From Hamiltosporidium tvaerminnensis FI-OER-3-3 (taxonomy: Eukaryota > Fungi > Microsporidia): 64,000 bases of DNA. The stretch is from contig CM061247.1 of assembly GCA_022605425.2 (NCBI GenBank), positions 1,364,001 through 1,428,000 of the forward strand. Reading direction: 5' to 3'. Position numbers and translations under genes: made by a program. Below are positions 47,763 through 57,723 of this stretch, piece after piece (position 1 is the stretch's first letter; every line of letters starts with the position of its first letter). The notes below the pieces were generated by a model. That model saw only the letters and a list, made by a program, of their open reading frames with translations. It made no database searches and was not told where the DNA came from.

Positions 47763-49159
47763 TTAAGAATAATTTATTCCAAATAAATTTTCAAAAAAAT
47801 ATTTAAGCAATCCATTTTGTACAATAAATATTGTATTTTCTATGTCTAAAGATTCATTTTCAATATTTCTAAGTAAATATTTTTTCTTTTTATTTGGTAA
47901 GTATAATAATGATTGAGTTTCTTTATATTTTTCAATCAAAATTATTATTTCTAGATTAGCTCTTTTAGATTTTTGCAAAAATATTTTAATTAAATCGTGA
48001 AATATTTTTATCCAACTTAAATTATCATAATTTTCAAGTATTTCATTATTTAAATAAGGAATACTTAAAAGTCTAAATGGTCCTACCTGTTTCAATCGAT
48101 GTATATTTATTCTAAGTAAATAATTTATTGATTTATAAAAGTTGAATACGGATTCACATCGATATATTTTGGATTTGAAAAACAAAATATTGAATATAGT
48201 GGTTTTGAAGTGTACATAGTAGAAGTTAAAACATAAAACGATTCTAATAAACTGATTTTAAAATCGTAATTAAATTTGTATTCGTAAATATAATTTTGAT
48301 TTATATTTTCTTTGATTAAATTTTGAGATCTTTCAGTCATATTAGAACTACAATCTTTAGATTCTTTAATTGAAATACCTAATTTAGCAAGAAATTCATA
48401 AATTTTATAATCTTTGAAAATATTTGATTTTAAATAAAGCTTTTTTACCAAAATAAAATCCAAAAAGAAACTTAAAGATTCAAAAATATTATTACTTTCT
48501 ATAAACGGTATATCAACCTTTCGTAAATAAAAAATTTTTTCTAACGAATTTTTTTGATTCGTTTTTTTAATTTCAATAATTAATTCTTTATAAAAGTTTT
48601 TACACACTAAACATAACATTTCATTTTCAATATCGTGTGCACTTTCATATGATGAATCTTCGTCGTAATCTTCATAATAATTTTCTTTTTCAGAAAAATC
48701 AAAATTTCTAACTTTTTCGTAGAAATAAATTTTATAAAAATTGAAAATTACTAACGAATTCCATAAAATAGAATTATTTAAATAATTCATTTTTTGAGCA
48801 AAAGAATACATCGTTTGTAACGAATCGGTATATTTAATATCACATGAACATTCAGAATATTCACATTTTAAAATTATCATATTTTCATCGCCTATCACTT
48901 TCCCAATACCAATACACTCATAATTTACATTAACCGGAATATCAATAATAATTTTAAATTCTGTATTTTCTTTAGGAAAATCACTATGAGAAGTCACAAT
49001 ATTTACTTCAAATTTTATTAATTCTCTTTTTAATATTGAAATCAAAATATGAACAGATGAAATACTATGACAATTGTTTGTACAATATATTTTTAATGTG
49101 GAATATCTTTTAAGTAATTCTATGATTTCTTTTGTTTTACTTGTTTCAAGATACCCCAT
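47763..49159 (-). CDS. CDC45: CDC45-like replication initiation factor, split across two overlapping frames
   Basis: N-terminal IYCTNNCHSISSVHILISILKRELIKFEV resembles the Cdc45 start (vl.lva.dvDalca..iL..llk...i.y); acidic insert; C-terminal VGPFRL in ORF 47763-48185; frame change at ~48112-48185. Confidence 0.7.
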
Positions 49160-49655
49160 AAAATTTATTTTAATTCAGTTTTTTACTTTATTTATAATAT
49201 GGCGCCCTTTTTTTTGAATAGATTTAGGAATAGATGATAGAATTACTAGAATGAATCTGTAATTTAATAAGGGTCAATAGAATTATTATAATTCACATCA
49301 AAATTATAAATTAATATTCATTCTTTCTGTGGTAAGAAATTGAAGAAGTAGGAATGAATCTAAAAATAAAGAAGAATAAAAAATTAATTCATTGCTTTTC
49401 TTTTTACGATTATAAAAGATTTGAAGGAGTAGGAAGAAATCTAAAAATAAAGAAGAATAAAATTATAAATCTGTATTAAAAATAATTTAGAAACCTTTTT
49501 TTCAAAAAATCCGGATTAATAAATTTTTCCTCGTAAAAATAATTTCTTTTATCATAAAAATTTAAAGAAAAACGTAGTCAAATTTATTAAGAATCTAGAA
49601 ATAGAAAAATATTTATTTAATTATTCAGGAAATAGGAATTAAATAAATATTTTTT

Positions 49656-50309
49656 TTATTTATTTTTACTACAACACTGTAAGTTTGATATGACATCTAT
49701 AATTCTGGCAGTTTCATTTTTAAAAAAGATAAAATCATTTTTATGATTTAAAATTCTTTCTAATTTTTTTATTTCCATAAAAATTATACTTTTAAATTTA
49801 CATTCATGAACAGCAAGTTCAGTTTTTAAGAAAATTAAAATATTTTTTATATCTTTTGTACATTTACTGCACATTTTTAGTTTCGTATCACATTTGTGTT
49901 TTTTTATTTCAAAATTGGGAGAAATCCTATTTTCTAAGGAAATATTGTTGTTGATAGGAATTGCTGGGTTTTCAAGGTTGGGATTATTCAGATTTTCTGT
50001 ATTATCGGTTGGTTTTTTTATATTTAAACGCGTTTTTCTTTCAAAGGTTTGTGGTTGATACGAATTTTCTATGACTATAAAATTATCGGATTCTGCGTTG
50101 GTAATAGCATTTTTGTATCTGAGAACCATAAGTTGCTGTCTCGGTGTAAGTTTGGAAATATCTGGCTGCTCGTATATCGATTTGAATGGAACGTATTTTC
50201 CAAGTGTCTTTCTTTTTTTAGTTTTCTTTTTTTTTATATTTTTCTTAAGATTTTGTATTGGCTCGTAGGATTGTGGAGATGGAAGGTAATAATCAGAACT
50301 GTTGGGCAT
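49656..50309 (-). CDS. Hypothetical 217-aa protein with a basic NLS-like segment
   Basis: ORF in the gene-dense cluster; KKNIKKKKTKKRK; no family recognised. Confidence 0.7.
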   Translation of the reverse strand: MPNSSDYYLPSPQSYEPIQNLKKNIKKKKTKKRKTLGKYVPFKSIYEQPDISKLTPRQQLMVLRYKNAITNAESDNFIVIENSYQPQTFERKTRLNIKKPTDNTENLNNPNLENPAIPINNNISLENRISPNFEIKKHKCDTKLKMCSKCTKDIKNILIFLKTELAVHECKFKSIIFMEIKKLERILNHKNDFIFFKNETARIIDVISNLQCCSKNK

Positions 50310-50604
50310 ATCTTGATAAATCTTTGTGTATTTATAGATTATTTGGCGGGAAACTTACCCTCCAAAAATTATCGGTTAAGGATAATAAAAAATATTTTTT
50401 TTGCTATTCAAAGAGTAAAATTCTAATACAATAAAAAGTTGTGAACATGCAGTGTTAAGTATAAATATAAACGAATATAAAAAAATATTAAAAGATGAAA
50501 ATCGGCAACTGAAAATAAAAAATTGAAACTTTAAAAAAAAATTAAAAAAAAGCGAAAATATAATTAAATAACATTTCTATTTATTTAAGGGATATAAAAT
50601 GAAT

Positions 50605-52305
50605 CTACACGTGTTTTATAAAAATATATAATTTATCTTTGCAGAACACTCGCGTGGCGAAGAAATCATCTTGATTTTCTATCGAAATTAATTCATTGCC
50701 ATCTTTAAAATAAAATTTAAAATTTTTATAATGTGCAAGATTTATAGAATTTTCTGTAATATTTTTTTCGGGATATAAATAGTTGGCAATTCTTGAAAGA
50801 GATTTCTTTTTAAAATCATCAAAATCTGAAAATAATTCTTGGCAAATTATAAAATTAAGGTCTCCAAATTGTATTTTAGAGGCGAAGAAGTTTAAAATTG
50901 TAGATTTTGAATCAGATTCTTTATATTTTGTTCGAATTTTTTTATCTTTAAATTCTACTTTTCCTGCAGATGGAATCGATTTGTAATTTCTTGCTTCTGA
51001 ATCTTCTTCTTTGATTTCTAACTTGTTTTTTGAATCTTTTGTGGTATTTATTATCTCTTCTACAGATACTGCCGCCTCTCTGCTGATAAAAGGTATCACA
51101 GTCAGTTCTTTACTTTCATTTGTATCTTTCCAAACAACTTTCAAATTATACTCGTCATTTTTATCATACAATTTACATTTTTGAACACAAAAATACAAAA
51201 TAGTCTCCAAAAATATAAGTCTATCCGTTTCTATTTCCACAAAAACCATTCCTTTTTCAAAATACAAAATCAAGTATTTGCCTCGTCTTTTTCTATAAAA
51301 GAATACAGCATAATTATGTAAAAGGTATTCTCCCAACTCGCTGTCATTTAACTCATCACTGTTCTCAATCCTCTTTCTGATCTTAAAATAGAATTCCTTT
51401 TCATCCAGCTTTTTTTTCTTATCATTAGCCATTTCCGCTATTTCTTTAAAACAATTTTCCAAATAAATGTAATATCTTTGATCTGAAATGTAACAAAATT
51501 TTTTCAAACATTTAAAGAAAGATATGTAACCAAATAGATGCTGAATCGGTTTCATAAATGATTCATGTAATTCTTTAGGAGAAGAAAGATTTTTAATCTT
51601 TACACTATCAAGTTTCTCTAAAATAATATTCATTCCATTCTGATAATAATAAAAATAATTTAGATATTTCAATTTAATATCTTCTATATTTTCCATAAAT
51701 GGAATATAAATAGAAAAATTGTTACTTTGAATCAACTTTTGAAGATATTTATTCAATTTTCTCTGTAAAATACAAAAATTATCAATATTTATATTTGAAA
51801 ACTCAGATTCTACAAAATTTGGATCTTCTATAATTCTTTGCTGTATTATTTTAAGCGACATTAAATACCTTAAAAAGTTTTCTTCATTCAACAATATTTC
51901 ATTTACTTTGTGTTCAAATATATTTTTGTCACCTAAAGTTTTATTTAATATCTTGTCCAGCCAAATTACAAGCTTTTCATATTCCAAACTATCTAAAACT
52001 AATCGTTTCTGTAAATATACTTTCTGAAATTCAATTATATTTATATCTTTGTGTCGCTCTTCCAAAACAGAAATAAAATTTCGTGGATCCGAATTAATAA
52101 TTTGGTGATATTCATTTAAATATTTGTAAATAGATTTATCGCATAAAATACCATGCAATATCTCACGATTTGCTTTATTTTTATTTTTTTTATCTAAAAT
52201 TTTACTTCCATCTATTTTTAAAAGTAAATCATCTATCTTCTTACAACCTAATATTTCTTTAAATTTGGTAATCACATTACTAGATAGTTCCTCACTCACA
52301 AACAT
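50605..52305 (-). CDS. Cdc24/Scd1-like Rho guanine exchange factor (DH-PH, C-terminal PB1-like)
   Basis: FMKPIQHLFGY..FFKCL (cf. DH liKPvQRi.kYplll.eL); PH-like beta segment; FKFYFKDGNELISIENQDDF (PB1 acidic motif). Confidence 0.7.
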   Translation of the reverse strand: MFVSEELSSNVITKFKEILGCKKIDDLLLKIDGSKILDKKNKNKANREILHGILCDKSIYKYLNEYHQIINSDPRNFISVLEERHKDINIIEFQKVYLQKRLVLDSLEYEKLVIWLDKILNKTLGDKNIFEHKVNEILLNEENFLRYLMSLKIIQQRIIEDPNFVESEFSNINIDNFCILQRKLNKYLQKLIQSNNFSIYIPFMENIEDIKLKYLNYFYYYQNGMNIILEKLDSVKIKNLSSPKELHESFMKPIQHLFGYISFFKCLKKFCYISDQRYYIYLENCFKEIAEMANDKKKKLDEKEFYFKIRKRIENSDELNDSELGEYLLHNYAVFFYRKRRGKYLILYFEKGMVFVEIETDRLIFLETILYFCVQKCKLYDKNDEYNLKVVWKDTNESKELTVIPFISREAAVSVEEIINTTKDSKNKLEIKEEDSEARNYKSIPSAGKVEFKDKKIRTKYKESDSKSTILNFFASKIQFGDLNFIICQELFSDFDDFKKKSLSRIANYLYPEKNITENSINLAHYKNFKFYFKDGNELISIENQDDFFATRVFCKDKLYIFIKHV

Positions 52306-52786
52306 TATTTACTATTTGATTATCTGTTTTAAACTATCTGATTCTTTGTTTCAGTACATCTATTGAAAACTCGATACATTGTCTCAGTTAGGACGGGTAT
52401 CGAGTATTTACAAAAAAAATAAAATGTTTTTTGATATAAAAGTTTATTTTTAAAAATAAATTTAACTTTTAAACTTTTAAACTTCTAAATATTTTTTTAC
52501 TTCTTGAATTTCTTATAAATTATTAAAATTATAATCTCAAAATTTTTTTATTCACATTTTGAGTTATCTTCATTGTTAGGTGTTAGGTTTAAATAAAATA
52601 TTTTCATTGTTTTTCTAAGATAAATGATAACTAAAGTTATTTAATAAAATTCTGAGTATAAATATTTTTTACCATTTTTATATATTTTCTTCCACCTCTT
52701 AAATGATAACTAAATTTATAAAGCTAACTAAAGTATAATAAGACTGTTTAAGAGTAGTAAAACTCATTGAAAAAATATAAAAATGA

Positions 52787-53016
52787 GTAAAAATCAAATT
52801 ATTTTAAATCTACAAATCTTTATAAACTCAACTAACAATAATTTTATAAAAATTGGTAAAAATCAAATTATTTTAAATCTACAAATCTTTATAAACTCAA
52901 TTAACAATAATTTTATAAAAATATGTAAATCTTTTTTAAATCTACAAATCTTTTTTAAAACAGTGGCAAGTGGATATTTGTTTTCATGAAAAATTGGTAA
53001 AAATAAAATTATTTTA
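52787..53016. repeat. 69-bp tandem repeat upstream of MLH1
   Basis: gtaaaaatcaaattattttaaatctacaaatctttataaactca... x2 plus partial units. Confidence 0.85.
52930..52989 (-). mobile_element. Short terminal fragment of the 734-bp element
   Basis: atcttttttaaaacagtggcaagtggatatttgttttcatga vs copy B atcttttttaaaacagtggcaagtgttatatttgttttcatga. Confidence 0.75.
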
Positions 53017-53036
53017 ACTAAAATAAAAACCCATTC

Positions 53037-55157
53037 ATGAAAATAATTCAATTACCTCAAGAAATTATTTCAAGAATATCTGCTGGTGAAGTAATAATAA
53101 GACCATACAACATAATAAAAGAAACTTTAGAAAATTCATTGGATTCTGGATGTAAAAATATAAAAATAAATATTTCTTGTAATATATTAGATGAGATAGT
53201 AATAAGTGACGATGGGTGTGGAATTAATCAAGGTGATTTTAATTTACTATGTGAGCGACACTGTACGAGCAAGATATCAGATTTAGAAGATTTGTTTAAT
53301 TTGAGTAGTTTTGGATTTCGAGGTGAAGCACTTGCTTCTATAAGTCTCGTTTCTGATGTAAGTGTACTTTCTAAACGAAAAGAATACGAATTGGGATTTT
53401 TCTGTGAGTATGAAAATACCAAATTAAAAAGTATTAAACGAAGTGCCTCAGAAAACGGCACAAAATTTTTTATAAAAAATATATTTAAAAATAATAGAAT
53501 TAGAAAAGAATATTTTTGTAAAAGAAACGAAGAAATTAGAGATATTTATGATTTAGTGGTGAGGTACAGTATTTTCTATTACAGAATATCTTTTACCTTA
53601 AATATTGATAATAAAAATAAAAACGCATTTTACAGTTCAAATGGATACAAAGACGAATATAACCATGAATCTTTGGTTAATAAAGATACAGACGAATATA
53701 ATCTTGAATCTTTGGTTGATAAAGATAAATACGAATATAATATTGAAGGATCAGTTGATAAAGATAAATACGAATATAATCTTGAAGCATCAGTTGATAA
53801 AGATAATGAAAATGAAATTAAAAGAAAAATGTTAATCGATAATTACAAATTAAATGAAAATTTAAAATTTTTGGAATCAGAAAAATTCAAAATATTTTTT
53901 TCTTTACCGTTTGTAAATTATAAAAAATATATTTTTATTTTATTTATAAATGGAAGATTGGTAGATCAAAAAAATATTAAATCTGCTATTTTATCTGTGT
54001 ATAAGCCTTATTTGCCTAAAAATACGTTTCCATTCATTTATATAGAAATATTTTTAGAAAAAAATATTTTGGATGTAAATGTACATCCGTGTAAAAAAGA
54101 AGTTTTATTTTTGGATGAAGAAAAATTTATAAAAGAGATTTGTAAAGAAATAAATTTTAAAATAAAAAACGAAGAAATTTGTTTCAAAAAAGAAAATGAA
54201 AATAAAAAAAATAATTTTGGAGAAATTAAGGAATATTTAAATTATAATGAAAATAGAAATGATTCTTCTAAGATTTATACTGATCCTTTGAGTTTAAGTT
54301 TGGATGAAATTGTTTTGGAAGGTGGAAATGAAACAAGTAAAATATATAAATTAGAAAGTTTAAAAAAATTAAAAAATGAAATTGAAGAGATAAATACGGG
54401 ATTCTTTAAAAATTTAGTGTTTGTAGGTGTCATGGATAATCGGGTTTTAATTCAATACACTTCATTCCTATTGCTTTGTTCTTTTACAGAACTGGTAGAA
54501 GAATTTTTATATCAGAGAATTATTTATGAATTTGGCAATTTTGAAGAAATTCAAAATATTGAAATATTTCTTAATTTCACTGATTTTGAATCGACTGGAA
54601 TCTGTAATTTTAATGGTAAAGGTGAAGAAAATAATAATTTTAACGATGCAAACATGAAATCTACCAAAACTTTAAATTTAAATATGGAAAATAGCAATTC
54701 AAATCATAAAAAAATTAAATTTCTAAAATCTTCTGACCAAGTCGATTCAAACTTAAGTTCTAAAAAAGAATATAATTCATTAAAAAATAAGGAAGAAAAC
54801 ATCTATAAAAATATAAATATTTCAAATCAAATGATTGGACTTCTTGAAGAATATTTTTCAATAAAAATTTACAAAAATAAAATAATTACTGTTCCTAAAC
54901 TTTTATGTCCAATTACAGATACAAAAGTGTGGAATTCAATAATTAATAGAATTGCTAATTTAGAAATGGTTAATGAATTTGAATGTTTAAAAGAAATTAT
55001 TAAAATTGTCAGTGAAGAAATTTCTCAGTGTATTTTACCAAAAAAAATAGTTTTTAATGAAATAAAACGAAAAATAATTGGAACTAAAAAATCATTAAAA
55101 ACCTTCAAAGTAATTACTCAGTTATCAGAACTCTACAAACAATTTGAAAGATGTTAA
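53037..55157 (+). CDS. MLH1: DNA mismatch repair protein MutL homolog 1
   Basis: ISAGEVI, KETLENSLDSG, DDGCGI, RHCTSK, FGFRGEALASIS, DVNVHPCKKEV, C-terminal FERC; 14-aa repeat insert; CCC before ATG. Confidence 0.97.
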   Translation: MKIIQLPQEIISRISAGEVIIRPYNIIKETLENSLDSGCKNIKINISCNILDEIVISDDGCGINQGDFNLLCERHCTSKISDLEDLFNLSSFGFRGEALASISLVSDVSVLSKRKEYELGFFCEYENTKLKSIKRSASENGTKFFIKNIFKNNRIRKEYFCKRNEEIRDIYDLVVRYSIFYYRISFTLNIDNKNKNAFYSSNGYKDEYNHESLVNKDTDEYNLESLVDKDKYEYNIEGSVDKDKYEYNLEASVDKDNENEIKRKMLIDNYKLNENLKFLESEKFKIFFSLPFVNYKKYIFILFINGRLVDQKNIKSAILSVYKPYLPKNTFPFIYIEIFLEKNILDVNVHPCKKEVLFLDEEKFIKEICKEINFKIKNEEICFKKENENKKNNFGEIKEYLNYNENRNDSSKIYTDPLSLSLDEIVLEGGNETSKIYKLESLKKLKNEIEEINTGFFKNLVFVGVMDNRVLIQYTSFLLLCSFTELVEEFLYQRIIYEFGNFEEIQNIEIFLNFTDFESTGICNFNGKGEENNNFNDANMKSTKTLNLNMENSNSNHKKIKFLKSSDQVDSNLSSKKEYNSLKNKEENIYKNINISNQMIGLLEEYFSIKIYKNKIITVPKLLCPITDTKVWNSIINRIANLEMVNEFECLKEIIKIVSEEISQCILPKKIVFNEIKRKIIGTKKSLKTFKVITQLSELYKQFERC

Positions 55158-55495
55158 TTAAAGTAATTTTAAGAATTTTTAATTTTGATAATTTCTATTT
55201 TCTTTGCAATAAAATAATTTATTTTAAAATTTACAAGTAAATCATTTCTTTGTCATTTTTATAAGACCATTTCTATGTTCTTTATAAAAAAGTAAGTAAT
55301 TTTTGTTTCAAATTTTTTATAGAAAAGTTTATTTACAATTTCTAAATAAAAAATTATCGTTTTTTAATTTGACAATCGAATAATTTTTCATTTTCATGCC
55401 TCGATTTAAATGTTAAATAATAAATTTATTTATTTTTTTTCATTAAAAATTTTACTCTTTAAATACAATATTCATGTTCTTTGCACTAAAAAAAG

Positions 55496-55664
55496 ATAAA
55501 AATGTAATTTTTAAAAGTAAATTACCAGTTCAATGATTTAATATTAAATTTTTTGATAATCAATTTCTAAAGTTTCTAATAAAAATGTAATTTTTATAAG
55601 TAAATTACCAGTTCAATGATTTAATATTAAATTTTTTGATAATCAGTTTCTAAAGTTTCTAATA
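55496..55664. repeat. 83-bp direct duplication spanning the POP1 stop codon and 3' flank
   Basis: aatgtaattttt.aagtaaattaccagttcaatgatttaatattaaattttttgataatca starts at 55501 and 55584. Confidence 0.85.
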
Positions 55665-57288
55665 GAAATATTATTTTACACATTTTGGTAGAATTAAAAT
55701 TTCTAGCGAAATATTCTTCTTTCGTATTTACATCTTCTGTGACAAAACACAATCCTCTGGATTTTCCAGATGTAAAACAAAATGAACCTCTAATTACCAA
55801 GCCTATTTGATGGGTATTTTGAAAAATAATTCCGTTTCTTTCGATACATCCTTGAAGTGCTTCAAAATATAAAATTTTTACTGAATTAAAAATATTTTTA
55901 AAATATTCTGTATTTGTAAAATCATATTCGTATTGATTTATTCTTTTACTGATTGGTCTTTTGATATCTTTATTTTTAATATCAATTGCTACCTTGGAAT
56001 GAAAATCTAAAGATAAAGAATTTTTTAAATTGTCAAAAATATGAATTATTTTTTTACATTCAATTCCTAATCTAAATAATTCTAATATTGAAATAGGAAT
56101 TATGCCTTTGTTTATAAGAAAATGAAAAATATTTGATAAATATTTTCTTCTTAAAATAATTTTTCCATTTTCTAATGAGTCATTTGATTTAATAAAAATA
56201 TATTCAGAGGTTTCTAATTTATTAATTTGTAAGGTTTTTGTTTCTTTTTGTAAATTTAAACCATCATTTGTATCTTCTGTTTCATTTAGACTGCAATCCT
56301 CATTTTCTCTGCTTGGAAAAATATAATTTTCTAAATATTCATCAATTTCAAAATTTATAAATTTTTCTTTTTGGTAAATTCCTGATTGAGAAAAAAAAGT
56401 GGTATTTTTAATCACAGAAATAATTCCTTCCCAAATAAATAAAAATGGCTTTGAAAATACTTTTAAAAATTCTTTGAATTCTAAACAATCAACATAAATT
56501 ATTATAAAATATTTTTTTGTAAAAAATGATTCAAATATAAAATTTTTGCCTTCAAAATCAAATTCATATTTTTTTATTACAAATTCTTCTTTTATGTTTA
56601 TGTTTTTTCTTGCTGATTCCAATTTATTTTCATTTGATTTTAAAATACCATTTTTACTTTCTTCATTAACCGTTTCCTTTTCTATTTTCATTTGAATATT
56701 TGAATGTAACTTTTCATTAAATTCTTCTTCATTTCTCTTTTCCGTTTCTATTTTCATTTGAATATTTGAATGTAACTTTTCATTCAATTCTTCTTCATTA
56801 ACCGTTTTCTTTTCCATTTTCATCTGCATGCTTTTAATTGTATTTATATTTTCATCTTCTCTATTTCCTATTTCATTTCTTTTGAAAACAGCAATTCGTT
56901 TAAAAGATTCGTCAAATATAAATCCCCTTTCTAATGACTTATATATAAATTTATCAGACTTTATATTTCTCTTATAAGGAAGTTTACTATTAAATAAATC
57001 TATCATTTTAAATCGTTTTGCATACCAAATATGTGTTGGTAAATAATTAAATTTCAATTTTCTGTTTCTAAACCTATTTAAATACAGTTTCTTTAGATAT
57101 TTTTTATGTATTTTAGGTGTGTTTCTTGTATCATAATTTCTTGTTCTTCTTCTTTTATAAAATGGAAGTCTTTGAAAAAGTTGTGATTTTTTTGTACTTT
57201 TTGATAAAGAATCTTCCATTTCTTTTATTTCAAATTCTCTTGCCGTTATAAACTTTAATGCATCTATTTCTTTTTCTTGTTCAGACAT
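55627..57288 (-). CDS. POP1: RNase P/MRP subunit Pop1
   Basis: FITAREFEI, LFQRLPFYKRRRT, LPTHIWYAKRFKM and C-terminal IGLVIRGSFCFTSGKSRG are Pop1 signature motifs. Confidence 0.93.
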   Translation of the reverse strand: MSEQEKEIDALKFITAREFEIKEMEDSLSKSTKKSQLFQRLPFYKRRRTRNYDTRNTPKIHKKYLKKLYLNRFRNRKLKFNYLPTHIWYAKRFKMIDLFNSKLPYKRNIKSDKFIYKSLERGFIFDESFKRIAVFKRNEIGNREDENINTIKSMQMKMEKKTVNEEELNEKLHSNIQMKIETEKRNEEEFNEKLHSNIQMKIEKETVNEESKNGILKSNENKLESARKNINIKEEFVIKKYEFDFEGKNFIFESFFTKKYFIIIYVDCLEFKEFLKVFSKPFLFIWEGIISVIKNTTFFSQSGIYQKEKFINFEIDEYLENYIFPSRENEDCSLNETEDTNDGLNLQKETKTLQINKLETSEYIFIKSNDSLENGKIILRRKYLSNIFHFLINKGIIPISILELFRLGIECKKIIHIFDNLKNSLSLDFHSKVAIDIKNKDIKRPISKRINQYEYDFTNTEYFKNIFNSVKILYFEALQGCIERNGIIFQNTHQIGLVIRGSFCFTSGKSRGLCFVTEDVNTKEEYFARNFNSTKMCKIIFLLETLETDYQKI

Positions 57289-57723
57289 TCTTTAACGGTC
57301 AAATAAAAGGACTTAAAAATAGTAAATTTTTTATTTTATTCTAAAAATATTGCAGTGTTATTTTTCCGGTATAATTTTAATAAAACACTATAATTTTAGA
57401 AATTCGGAATATGATTTATTATTAATTTACGTTAGAACCCTAATCTGTCATTTCCATTTTAATAGTCAATATATGAGTGTCTATATTTAATCCATGTAAT
57501 AATTTTATTTGATTTATGACTTAAATATATTTTTACCCCTTGGAAGTCAAAATTTATACCGAGAAATCATATATCCTTTTAGAATTCCTGGATGATTGCG
57601 AATATATTAAAATATGAAATGAAAAAAACAAATCAAACGTGTGATTTATTTTAAGAGGTAAAAGAAAAACTCCCTCAAAAATTAAAAAGTCTTTACGCAA
57701 ATAAAAAACAATAAACTAATAAA

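Noticed and set aside
50322-50358. GTAAGT-initiated 5' intron upstream of the 217-aa ORF
   Set aside because: No upstream ATG exon; it may simply overlap a GGG/CCC promoter motif.
17813-57288. POP4 and POP1 as a functional cluster
   Set aside because: They are ~37 kb apart with unrelated genes between; chance linkage is sufficient.
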